Shown: piece by piece, positions 11,344-20,347 of the stretch
Layout of the letters: each line of letters opens with the position of its first letter
Position numbering within the stretch: position 1 is the first letter of the stretch
From: Fidelibacterota bacterium
GTDB taxonomy: Bacteria; Fidelibacterota; Marinisomatia; Marinisomatales; JAHJCW01
Assembly: GCA_042564205.1 (NCBI GenBank)
Contig: JBHPLN010000001.1
Location: 142,900-206,899, forward strand
DNA length: 64,000 nt
Direction: 5' to 3'
Made by a program: the position numbers and the translations under genes
The notes under the pieces: generated by a model
What the model saw: only the letters and a program-made list of their open reading frames with translations
Told to the model about the DNA's origin: nothing
Database searches by the model: none

Positions 11344-13047
11344 ATGCCAAACTTTTTTACTGATAATCCTGATATAAAATTCAATTTAGACCGTTTGGAT
11401 TTAAGGACCTTGGCCGATACAGTCGAAAATGATTACACTAATTCAAAGGAGCATGATTTTGCACCCGCTGATCGCGAAGAAGCAGCCCAGAATTATTTAG
11501 ATGTTTTAGAGGTGATTGGGGATATATGCGCCGGGCCAATATTTGAACGTTCCCGACAAATTGATGAAGAAGGTCATATCTGTGAGAACGGCGATGTTAC
11601 AATGAATCCTCTCGTTTTAGATAATCTTAATGATTTCAAAGAAATGAATATGATGGGCATTTCACTTCCTTACGAATATGGCGGACTGAATATGCCCCAG
11701 ACGATAAAAATTGCAATAGTTGAAATAGTTTCGCGTGCCGATGCATCGTTGATGACGTTAGTTGGTTTACAGGATATTGCTGAAACTATTGAAGCTTTTG
11801 GCAATACCGAGCAAAAGGAGAGATATATACCGGCTTTGGCAAGCGGTGAGGCTACGGGCGCAATGGTATTGACTGAGCCAGACTACGGTTCAGACCTGCA
11901 GTCTGTTAAAACCACAGCAACTCCGCCTGAAGACGGGAACGACAATGGCGTCTGGCGCTTGAATGGCACAAAAAGATTTATTACAAATGGTAACGGAACA
12001 ACATTACTGGTATTGGCCCGTTCCGAACTGGGAACAAGCGATGGCCGCGGTTTATCAATGTTTGTTTGCTCGAACGATGATACAATAAATATTGACCGCA
12101 TCGAAGAAAAACTTGGCATCCATGGTTCACCAACCTGTGAAATGACCTTTTCCAATACACCTGCGTATCTGATAGGAAAACGAAAATTCGGTTTAATTAA
12201 ATATATCATGTCGCTAATGAACGGTGCTAGAATTGCCGTTGCGGCACAAGCTTTGGGCATAGCAGAGGCGGCCTATAATTCGGCGAAGGAATACGCTGAA
12301 ACCCGAGTTCAGTTCAACAAGCCGATCATTCAAATTCCTGCCATTTATAAGATGCTTTCCGAAATACGTCTAAACATTGAAGCAGGGCGTCTTTTATTAT
12401 ATGAAACAGGAAGGATCGTAGACAAATTGAAAGCTCAATCCAAAAAACCAGACGAAGATCGTAAGGAAACCAAATACCTTGAACGTTTAGCGGGAGTTTT
12501 AACTCCTTTCTCAAAATACTTTAATGCAGAAATGGCGAATAAATGTACCTACGACGGTTTGCAGATAATGGGCGGTAATGGTTACATGAAAGATTATGAT
12601 ATGGAGAGGTATTATCGGGATGCCAGAATTACCAATATTTATGAAGGAACATCGCAACTACAGATAGTGGCGGCAATTGGCGGAATTTTGGCAGGCGTTT
12701 TAGGTAAAGAATTTGATGAATTTAAAGCACTTTCATTCAATTCTAAGCTTCAACCACTTTCAGAATCTATTGCTACTATGATCACAGATTTCAATAAAGC
12801 GGTCGAATATGTTCACGAGCAAAAAGACCATGAATATGTAGAGTTTATTTCAGAGCAGGTGGTTAAGATGGGATTGGATGTCTACATATCAACGCTATTC
12901 TTAGATGCTGCAACTAAAAATGATCGGAAAATCAAACTAGCTGAAATCTGGATTAAAGATGCAACATTACGTGCTGCTGTACAGTCTAAATATATCATCA
13001 GCGAAAACAGAAGTATCGTTGATATTCATTCCGAGATTATAATTTAG
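11344..13047 (+). CDS. Acyl-CoA dehydrogenase, long form with C-terminal extension
   Basis: 567 aa. ACAD blocks (LTEPDYGSD, GTKRFITNG, GGNGYMKDYxMERYYRDARITNIYEGTSQLQ). Confidence 0.85.
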   Translation: MPNFFTDNPDIKFNLDRLDLRTLADTVENDYTNSKEHDFAPADREEAAQNYLDVLEVIGDICAGPIFERSRQIDEEGHICENGDVTMNPLVLDNLNDFKEMNMMGISLPYEYGGLNMPQTIKIAIVEIVSRADASLMTLVGLQDIAETIEAFGNTEQKERYIPALASGEATGAMVLTEPDYGSDLQSVKTTATPPEDGNDNGVWRLNGTKRFITNGNGTTLLVLARSELGTSDGRGLSMFVCSNDDTINIDRIEEKLGIHGSPTCEMTFSNTPAYLIGKRKFGLIKYIMSLMNGARIAVAAQALGIAEAAYNSAKEYAETRVQFNKPIIQIPAIYKMLSEIRLNIEAGRLLLYETGRIVDKLKAQSKKPDEDRKETKYLERLAGVLTPFSKYFNAEMANKCTYDGLQIMGGNGYMKDYDMERYYRDARITNIYEGTSQLQIVAAIGGILAGVLGKEFDEFKALSFNSKLQPLSESIATMITDFNKAVEYVHEQKDHEYVEFISEQVVKMGLDVYISTLFLDAATKNDRKIKLAEIWIKDATLRAAVQSKYIISENRSIVDIHSEIII

Positions 13048-13091
13048 AAAATTAAAGATCGGAATTTACTGGCCTCATTTCAAATCATAGA

Positions 13092-13877
13092 TTAATAGAT
13101 TCTTCCTGAGCGGTGCTCGCCACCATCACAGTAAATCGTTGAGCAGTTTATAAAATCTGCCTCAGGACGTAGTAGTAGTGAAACTGTGTTTGCAACATCC
13201 GTTGGTTCGGTCGTTCGCCGCATTGGATTTCGATACTTCGTACGTTCGACCCAATCCTCCCAGCGATCTGAGATTTTAGTAAGTGCTCGAGTTGGTGTAA
13301 CACCTGCCTGAATTGTATTAGCAGTTACACCAAACCGGCCAAGCTCCCAGCCAATCTGACGAATAATAGCCTCCAAAGTGACTTTCGCGATGCTAACCGG
13401 ACCATATCCTGCCATCGCCACATAATTTCCTTCACTTGTGAAACCCATTACTCGCGATCCCTTACCAAGCATACCACGATCGTGCAATTTTTGCGTCCAG
13501 TATAGAATAGAAGTGCCCATCACATGCACAGTCATATCTATCTGCTTTCGCGTTACGTGTTTTTCTCCTAATAGATCCATGGTTGTTCCAAAAGCGATGG
13601 AATGAAGAAATAGCTTTAGCGGTTTGTCACCAATTATCTTTTTAATCTTGGGAATATATTCATCCATCGTTTCTGCTGATGCTGCATTTTTATTCCAGAA
13701 ATGAACTCGTCCGCCATTGATGCTGGCTATTTCTTCTTTTAAATCTGCTGCCTGCTTTTTTACCATTGCCCGATCCAAATGAAAGCCTAATATTCCATAG
13801 CCGTCTTGCGCCAATCGCTTAGCGGTCGCGCCGCCATGACCGGTGGAACATCCTAGTATTAAAACCCATTCAGACAT
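13092..13877 (-). CDS. SDR-superfamily enoyl reductase-like protein (FabI/FabL/FabV-related)
   Basis: 261 aa. Gly-rich N-terminus LGCSTGHGGA. YGPVSIAK fits the Tyr-x6-Lys spacing characteristic of enoyl-ACP reductases. Divergent from fabA. Exact substrate not determinable. Confidence 0.55.
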   Translation of the reverse strand: MSEWVLILGCSTGHGGATAKRLAQDGYGILGFHLDRAMVKKQAADLKEEIASINGGRVHFWNKNAASAETMDEYIPKIKKIIGDKPLKLFLHSIAFGTTMDLLGEKHVTRKQIDMTVHVMGTSILYWTQKLHDRGMLGKGSRVMGFTSEGNYVAMAGYGPVSIAKVTLEAIIRQIGWELGRFGVTANTIQAGVTPTRALTKISDRWEDWVERTKYRNPMRRTTEPTDVANTVSLLLRPEADFINCSTIYCDGGEHRSGRIY

Positions 13878-14052
13878 AACTCCTCCAAAACTTGAGGCGG
13901 AATATAGTTAAAACGTATTTGATGGCAAAGTTGTGATTATTGCTAATTTTTCAGGAATAAATACATACTTCTTTTATTTTGCTTTAAACTATTCATTATT
14001 TCGTTGTACTCTTTATACTAAATAATTTTATTCCTGAACGAAATAAGAAGAT

Positions 14053-14595
14053 ATGGAAAAAGATAAATTCAGTAAAAAAGACTTATTGGACGTTGCCGCT
14101 GGAAAAGTGTTCGGCATAGAAAACGGGAAACTTCCCGCTCCTCCGATGTTGATGTTTGACCGCATTCTTAAAATCTCCAAAAAAGGCGGAAAATTCGGAA
14201 AAGGAGAAATTCGCGCCGAGCTTGACATAAATCCCGCTCAATGGTTTTTTCAATGCCATTTTAAAGGCGATCCGGTTATGCCTGGTTGTTTAGGCCTCGA
14301 TGGTTTCTGGCAACTGGTTGGCTTCTTTTTATCCTGGGCTGGCGGTGAAGGTCGCGGTCGGGCGTTAGGTGTTAAAGATTTAAAATTCAAAGGACAGGTG
14401 CGGCCCTATCATCGGCTAGTTCAGTACAAAATTGATATCAAACGCGTCATTACCAAGCCGGTTTACATGGCGTGGGCTGACGCAGAATTGAAAGTCAAAA
14501 ACAAGATTATTTATTTAGCAGAAAATCTCCAAGTCGGACTATTTAATAATCTAACTTATGACTTTGGTGCTGACCCAGCCTTAGATTCTTTCTAG
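14053..14595 (+). CDS. fabA: 3-hydroxydecanoyl-ACP dehydratase / trans-2-decenoyl-ACP isomerase
   Basis: 180 aa. Near-identical core to E. coli FabA: WFFQCHFKGDPVMPGCLGLDGFWQLVGFFL...GGEGRGRALG, including the catalytic His and Asp positions. Confidence 0.9.
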   Translation: MEKDKFSKKDLLDVAAGKVFGIENGKLPAPPMLMFDRILKISKKGGKFGKGEIRAELDINPAQWFFQCHFKGDPVMPGCLGLDGFWQLVGFFLSWAGGEGRGRALGVKDLKFKGQVRPYHRLVQYKIDIKRVITKPVYMAWADAELKVKNKIIYLAENLQVGLFNNLTYDFGADPALDSF

Positions 14596-14619
14596 CGTCA
14601 TTTAAATTATTAAATATCC

Positions 14620-15720
14620 ATGTCATTACAATGCGGCATAATCGGTTTGCCCAATGTTGGCAAATCTACTTTATTCAACGCCTTAACGGCGGCTTCTGTC
14701 CCAGCCGAAAATTATCCTTTCTGTACTGTTGAACCCCATCACGGAATTGTCGCTTTACCAGATTTTCAGTTAAGGGCCTTAGCTCTGGTATATAAAACGC
14801 AAAAAATTACGCCAGCTACTGTAGAATTCACCGATATTGCCGGGTTAGTAAAAGGGGCAAGTCGCGGCGAAGGTTTAGGAAATCAATTTTTAGGGCAGAT
14901 CAAGCAGGTGCAAGCCTTAATCAATGTGGTTCGATGTTTTAAGGATACAAATATTGCATACACTGAAGGGGGTGTTAATCCGATTCGGGATGCGGAAATC
15001 GTTGAAACGGAATTGTTATTAAAAGACCTTGATACAATTCAAAAAAGAATAAATGCAATAGTTAAGATTGCAAAGTCTGGCAGTAAATCAGCGAAAGCTG
15101 AAATAGAATTACTTGAGCAACTTCAACAGCATTGTAATTCAGGATCTCCGATTCGTACGATTCCATTGACAGACATCGAAGCTAACTATATAAAGGAATT
15201 GTTTCTTTTGACATCCAAACCAATTTTACATGTCGCTAACATCGATGAAGAACAATTAATGGACGATAGCCTGGACACGGCCGTCAAAAACATCAATGAT
15301 TATGCTAATCAGCAAGGTACTCTTTGTGTCTCACTTTGTGCTCAAGTAGAAGCTGAAATCGCCCACCTTGCAGAGGATGAAAAAATTTTATTTTTACAGG
15401 AATACAAGTTGAATGAGCCTGGATTAAATAGGCTGATCGAAAAAGCTTTTTCACTACTCAATCTGATCACTTTTTATACTGGTAATTCTAATGAGGTTCG
15501 AGCCTGGACATTACCTGCAACCGGCACTGCTTTAGACGCTGCTAACGCAGTCCATACTGATTTTGCCAAAGGATTCATAAAAGCCGATGTTTATAAAGTG
15601 CCTAATCTAGTTCAATGCGGTTCAGAATTTGAAGTACGGGAGGCTGGACTTTCAATGCAAGTTGGCCGTGAGTACATTGTACAAGATGGAGATTGCCTGT
15701 ATTTTCGATCTAGTAATTAG
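14620..15720 (+). CDS. ychF: Ribosome-binding ATPase YchF
   Basis: 366 aa. G1 GLPNVGKSTLFNALT, FCTIEP-like block (FCTVEP), C-terminal TGS-like domain. Confidence 0.95.
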   Translation: MSLQCGIIGLPNVGKSTLFNALTAASVPAENYPFCTVEPHHGIVALPDFQLRALALVYKTQKITPATVEFTDIAGLVKGASRGEGLGNQFLGQIKQVQALINVVRCFKDTNIAYTEGGVNPIRDAEIVETELLLKDLDTIQKRINAIVKIAKSGSKSAKAEIELLEQLQQHCNSGSPIRTIPLTDIEANYIKELFLLTSKPILHVANIDEEQLMDDSLDTAVKNINDYANQQGTLCVSLCAQVEAEIAHLAEDEKILFLQEYKLNEPGLNRLIEKAFSLLNLITFYTGNSNEVRAWTLPATGTALDAANAVHTDFAKGFIKADVYKVPNLVQCGSEFEVREAGLSMQVGREYIVQDGDCLYFRSSN

Positions 15721-15789
15721 AGATGTTCATGATTAAATCCTCTGCTAATTTTCAGAGGGTATCAGTAAATTGTTTTTTGCACAATTAAG

Positions 15790-16788
15790 ATGGCTGTAAA
15801 AATGACTAGTAAATTAAAAATTGGAGTAATAGGCGTTGGACATCTTGGCCAACATCACGCCAAGCACTATCACCTGATGTCCGATGTTAACCTCATTGGA
15901 GTTTTCGATTTGAACCAGAGGCGGGCAAATGAAATCGCCAAAACCTATAATTCCCGCTCGTATTCTGATCTTTCAAAATTAATTGAAACCTGCGATGCGC
16001 TGTCAATTGTAACGCCCACAAAATTTCATGCTGAGGTGGCTAAACAATGTTTTGCTGCCAAGAAACATGTCTTTGTTGAAAAGCCCATAACTAAAACAGT
16101 CGCCGAGGCGGATGAGCTTATTGAGTTGGCATCGCAGGTCGGAGTTACACTTCAAGTTGGACATATTGAACGCCTTAATCCTGCGTTACTTCCCCTAAAT
16201 GATATTGACTTAAATCCGAAATTTATTGAAGTGCAGCGGTTAGCTCCCTATACCACACGCGGTACAGATGTCCCAGTTGTTTTGGATCTCATGATTCATG
16301 ATATTGATATAATTCTAGCGCTGGTTCAATCACCAGTTAAGAATATTCATGCTACTGGTGTTTCAATTCTTACGCAATCGGTGGATATTGCCAATGCACG
16401 CATTCGATTTGAAAATGGAACTGTTGCAAATATCACATCCAGTCGTATTGCTAAGAACAAGGTACGCAAAATCAAGGTTTTTCAGCGCGATATGTACATT
16501 ACCATCGATTTTCTTTTAGGGCTAACTGAGGTTTACCGCATTATCGATTTTAACCATAAAAATTCCAAGCCGCTCGTATCTGCTCCGTATGAGCAAAATG
16601 GTCAGCAGCGTGAAATTGTCTATGAGAAACCAGCGCTACAACAAATAGATGCACTCCATATGGAACTGAAAAATTTCGTTGATTCTATCAATGGTAAAGC
16701 CACGCCAATTGTGGATGGTAAAGCAGGCCGTGATGCTTTAAGCGTAGCAATAAAAATTCAAAATATGATAATTGAAGATATTCATTAA
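15790..16788 (+). CDS. Gfo/Idh/MocA family NAD-dependent oxidoreductase (possible UDP-GlcNAc 3-dehydrogenase, GnnA-like)
   Basis: 332 aa. N-terminal Rossmann KIGVIGVGHLGQHH and the EKP motif (VFVEKPIT). Directly upstream of, and co-oriented with, the lpxB cluster. The GnnA assignment is inference from context. Confidence 0.8.
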   Translation: MAVKMTSKLKIGVIGVGHLGQHHAKHYHLMSDVNLIGVFDLNQRRANEIAKTYNSRSYSDLSKLIETCDALSIVTPTKFHAEVAKQCFAAKKHVFVEKPITKTVAEADELIELASQVGVTLQVGHIERLNPALLPLNDIDLNPKFIEVQRLAPYTTRGTDVPVVLDLMIHDIDIILALVQSPVKNIHATGVSILTQSVDIANARIRFENGTVANITSSRIAKNKVRKIKVFQRDMYITIDFLLGLTEVYRIIDFNHKNSKPLVSAPYEQNGQQREIVYEKPALQQIDALHMELKNFVDSINGKATPIVDGKAGRDALSVAIKIQNMIIEDIH

Positions 16789-17369
16789 TGGGCATTCGAA
16801 AATTTATTTTTAAAAACAGGGGCTATACACCAATACCATTAGCCTTAATTATTTTGTATTTCGCACAACCTGGCAATTCTTTCATTTGGTGCGGTTTAAT
16901 TTTACTAGCCTTCGGTGAATTCATCAGATTCAGCGGTGTTAGATATGCCGGCGGTATCACCCGAACAACCAAAGTTGGAGCGCCTAGTTTGTGTACCAGC
17001 GGTCCTTTTTCCTATGTGCGAAATCCATTATACATTGGCAATATAATAATGTATACTGGTGTCGTCCTAATTGCGGGTGCCCCAAATGTCCTGGTAATGC
17101 TATTAATAACCTGGTGTTTTTTTACTGTTCAATATGGATTAATAATCGCATTAGAAGAGGAAACTCTCACTGGATTATTCGGGGAGGAATATCAATTATA
17201 TAAGCAGAATGTTCGTGCTTTTTTCCCCCGGTTCACACCCTGGAATCCATCGGATAGCCGGGTACCAATGTCGTATAAAAAAACTTTCAAGACCGAAAAA
17301 CGAACTTTGCAGAACAGTTTGTTTGTTTTGTTTTTAATTCTTGTTCGTACCCAATTTCCTGCTGTTTAA
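16788..17369 (+). CDS. ICMT/PEMT-family membrane methyltransferase (possible lipid A phosphate methyltransferase, LmtA-like)
   Basis: 193 aa, multi-TM. GPFSYVRNPLYIGN and EEExL blocks typical of the isoprenylcysteine carboxyl methyltransferase family. TAATG overlap with the upstream gene. Sits immediately before lpxB. Confidence 0.7.
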   Translation: MGIRKFIFKNRGYTPIPLALIILYFAQPGNSFIWCGLILLAFGEFIRFSGVRYAGGITRTTKVGAPSLCTSGPFSYVRNPLYIGNIIMYTGVVLIAGAPNVLVMLLITWCFFTVQYGLIIALEEETLTGLFGEEYQLYKQNVRAFFPRFTPWNPSDSRVPMSYKKTFKTEKRTLQNSLFVLFLILVRTQFPAV

Positions 17370-17400
17370 AATTCTCTCAAATACTTTTGACTAGATAAGT

Positions 17401-18528
17401 ATGCAGCCATCCAAAAAGAAAAAATTGAAGTTTTTTATTGTTGCCGGAGAAGCGTCTGGAGATCTTCATGGTGCCCGACTTATTAGAGAAATAAAACAGC
17501 TTCACTCCGATTCAACATTTCTAGGTCTAGGTGGGCCGATGCTTCAAAAAGAAGGTGTGAATCTAGTAGAACAAATTACAAATTTATCCTATGTTGGTTT
17601 CACAGAAGTAATTAAGCATCTACCGTTTTTCCGAAGGCTTATGCGGCAGACAATTCAAACCATTAAGAAATTTCAACCCGATCATATAATCTTAATCGAT
17701 TATCCTGGCTTCAATTTGCGCTTAGCAAAACGCTGTCGTGATCTGAACATTCCAATCACCTATTTTATTTTGCCACAGGTCTGGGCTTGGAAAGAAAAGC
17801 GTGTTAAAATAATTAGGCAATACATTCACCAGGCTTTATGCATCCTCCCCTTTGAACAGGCTTGGTTTAGCAGTCGTGGCATTACAACCGAATTTGTGGG
17901 TCATCCATTTGCTGAACCAAATCCGCCAAAATTGGATAAGCTATCTTTCTTTTCTAAACATGGTATAAATGTTCATGATCCTGTGCTTGGCTTATTCCCC
18001 GGTAGTCGGCAACAGGAAATTGATCGTCACTGGCCAACGTTTATGAGTACTGTATTACGACTGCAAAAACAGATTCCTGGATTGAAGGCGATTGTTGGTA
18101 AATCGGAACTGGTCAACATACCCGACCACACCAATAATATCCTTATTGAAAAAACTAATCCACAGTTGGTGCTACACTATAGTACTGCCGCTATAGTAGC
18201 ATCGGGATCCGCGACACTTGAAGCCGCTGTTTTAAAAATTCCTATTATTGTTTGTTATAAATTGTCTACTGTGACGTGGTTATTAATTAAACGTATGTCA
18301 TCTGTGAAATACGCCTCTCTGGTGAATTTAATTGCTGATAAGCCGGTTGTACCTGAATTTCTCCAAGCTGACTTGCAGTCTGATAAGATGGCCGATACTC
18401 TGGTTGCTCTTATAAATAATACCACCGATCGCAAAACCATGCTTAGGAATTATTCCAGGATAAAAAAGAAGCTAGGATCGCCTGGTGTTTATAGGCGCGC
18501 TGCTAAATCAGTTTTGAAATATCATTAG
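17401..18528 (+). CDS. lpxB: Lipid-A-disaccharide synthase
   Basis: 375 aa. N-terminal FIVAGEASGDLHGARLI, the GSRxxEI block (PGSRQQEI) and the SGTATLE-like block (SGSATLEAA). Confidence 0.92.
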   Translation: MQPSKKKKLKFFIVAGEASGDLHGARLIREIKQLHSDSTFLGLGGPMLQKEGVNLVEQITNLSYVGFTEVIKHLPFFRRLMRQTIQTIKKFQPDHIILIDYPGFNLRLAKRCRDLNIPITYFILPQVWAWKEKRVKIIRQYIHQALCILPFEQAWFSSRGITTEFVGHPFAEPNPPKLDKLSFFSKHGINVHDPVLGLFPGSRQQEIDRHWPTFMSTVLRLQKQIPGLKAIVGKSELVNIPDHTNNILIEKTNPQLVLHYSTAAIVASGSATLEAAVLKIPIIVCYKLSTVTWLLIKRMSSVKYASLVNLIADKPVVPEFLQADLQSDKMADTLVALINNTTDRKTMLRNYSRIKKKLGSPGVYRRAAKSVLKYH

Positions 18529-18544
18529 TGGGATCAATTCAATT

Positions 18545-19186
18545 TTGAAGAAAATATTACAAACATTAGAGTCCTTTTTGGGGAAATGGTTATTGCTTTT
18601 TTTACACCGTACCAACCGCTGGTCAGTTGAAGGTGAAGAACACTATAAGACATTGGTGGATGATGGCCAATCGTTTATTTTTGCTTGTTGGCATGGTGTA
18701 ATGCTCGCACCATTTGTTTGGTTTACCGGAAGTGGCTTTCATGCTTTGGCCGGTCTTCACAAGGATGCTGAATTAATTGCTAAAATCGGTAAGCGATTAG
18801 GGTGGAAAATGCTTAGAGGGTCCAGTTCTGAAGGCGGTAAAGCAGTCTATCAGGACATTGTTTCCCTTCTTAACATACCTGGGAATGTATTTGCTTTGAC
18901 GCCCGATGGTCCAAAAGGTCCGGCGAAAATTCCCAAACCAGGAACAATAAGGGCCGCTCAAAAAACGGGTGTTAAAATAGTTCCTACAGCAGCTCAGGCC
19001 AGTCGCCGTTGGGAGTTTACAAATTGGGATACATACTATGTTGCAAAGCCTTTTGGTAAAATATCCCTAATATTTGGCGAACCAGTGGTTTTATCTCCTG
19101 ATGAAGAATTTGATACTTGTGTCGTGCGTCTTAAACAAGCCTTAGACTCCGTCGAAAAAACCGCCAAAGAACGCATTGTTGGCTAG
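18545..19186 (+). CDS. DUF374-domain protein (lysophospholipid acyltransferase-like, lipid A/Kdo cluster associated)
   Basis: 213 aa with a TTG start. FACWHG...LTPDGPKGPA blocks characteristic of DUF374. Located between lpxB and lpxK. Confidence 0.7.
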   Translation: MKKILQTLESFLGKWLLLFLHRTNRWSVEGEEHYKTLVDDGQSFIFACWHGVMLAPFVWFTGSGFHALAGLHKDAELIAKIGKRLGWKMLRGSSSEGGKAVYQDIVSLLNIPGNVFALTPDGPKGPAKIPKPGTIRAAQKTGVKIVPTAAQASRRWEFTNWDTYYVAKPFGKISLIFGEPVVLSPDEEFDTCVVRLKQALDSVEKTAKERIVG

Positions 19187-19191
19187 ATTTT

Positions 19192-20229
19192 ATGCTTCAA
19201 ATTAGAACTTTATTCTTGCCACTAATACCAATTTACTGGTTTATTATTCAACTACGTTGTTTCTTATTTAGCCGTAACATTTTTAAATCTCGATCATTAT
19301 CACCGTTTGTTATAAGTGTTGGCAATTTATCATTTGGTGGAACGGGGAAAACACCTATGGTCATTGCACTTGCCAAGTGGCTACAGGATCAAAACATCGA
19401 GGTTGGGATCTTAACAAGAGGTTATGGCCGTGGTACCAATAACACGGTATTGATTTCTCCAAATCCAGATGAAAAACTTAACTGGCACGATGTCGGAGAT
19501 GAACCTTTCTTGATGGCAAAGAAGCTTCCGGGAATTCCTATTGTTGCTGACAGCAATCGCATCCGCGGAGGACAATTCTTAGTCAAAAATTTTAATCCGC
19601 GTATTATTATTCTTGATGATGGTTTTCAGCATCTGGCAATTAAGCGCGATTTTAATATATTATTGATTAATAGCTCGACCCGAATTGGAGATCTAGCGCT
19701 ATTTCCATTAGGAAAATTGCGCGAACCATGGAATAATATTAGAAGGGCAGACATGCTGATTTTAACGAAATCAAATGTTTTTACTCCAACTGCCCAATTA
19801 CGTGAGAAAGTCGAAAAAACCAACATTCCATGCTATGATGGAGATCTTGTCAGGGCATCTGAAGTCCGTGGAATCAATAATCGAAAAATCTCAGAAAAAG
19901 ATCTCAGGAATAAAACCGTCTTGTTGATTTCTGCCGTTGGAGATCCGGAAAGTTTTGTAAAAACAGCATCTGATCTGCCAATTGCCATACAAGAGCGCAT
20001 ACACTTCAGGGATCATCATCGTTTCAATACCAAGGATGTGAAAAGAATCCTGAACAAATTTCAAATCTCAAAAATTGATCTAATGCTAACAACCGAAAAA
20101 GACTTGGTCAGGTTTGGATCATTAATCCCAGATGATATTTCGCTTTATGCGCTGCCAATAAATGTTAGTATTCCTGGTCAGGTCAAGAAAACAATCTTGA
20201 GCCTTCTTGATCCAGACTCAAACAACTAA
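19192..20229 (+). CDS. lpxK: Tetraacyldisaccharide 4-prime-kinase
   Basis: 345 aa. P-loop VISVGNLSFGGTGKTP and the DDGFQH block. Confidence 0.9.
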   Translation: MLQIRTLFLPLIPIYWFIIQLRCFLFSRNIFKSRSLSPFVISVGNLSFGGTGKTPMVIALAKWLQDQNIEVGILTRGYGRGTNNTVLISPNPDEKLNWHDVGDEPFLMAKKLPGIPIVADSNRIRGGQFLVKNFNPRIIILDDGFQHLAIKRDFNILLINSSTRIGDLALFPLGKLREPWNNIRRADMLILTKSNVFTPTAQLREKVEKTNIPCYDGDLVRASEVRGINNRKISEKDLRNKTVLLISAVGDPESFVKTASDLPIAIQERIHFRDHHRFNTKDVKRILNKFQISKIDLMLTTEKDLVRFGSLIPDDISLYALPINVSIPGQVKKTILSLLDPDSNN

Positions 20230-20347
20230 TATTAATCTATATTGAAACTATTCCTTTCCCTTTGCATAAATAATTATAAACCCAATTATATATTGGTGAG
20301 ATAATTACTATATTCCGGGAACCATTATTAAAACAAGACTGGAAATA

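Noticed and set aside
15739-15758. 6-bp hairpin after ychF as a terminator
   Set aside because: The stem is short with an 8-nt loop, and the nearest T-run is 13 nt away. This is too weak to call.
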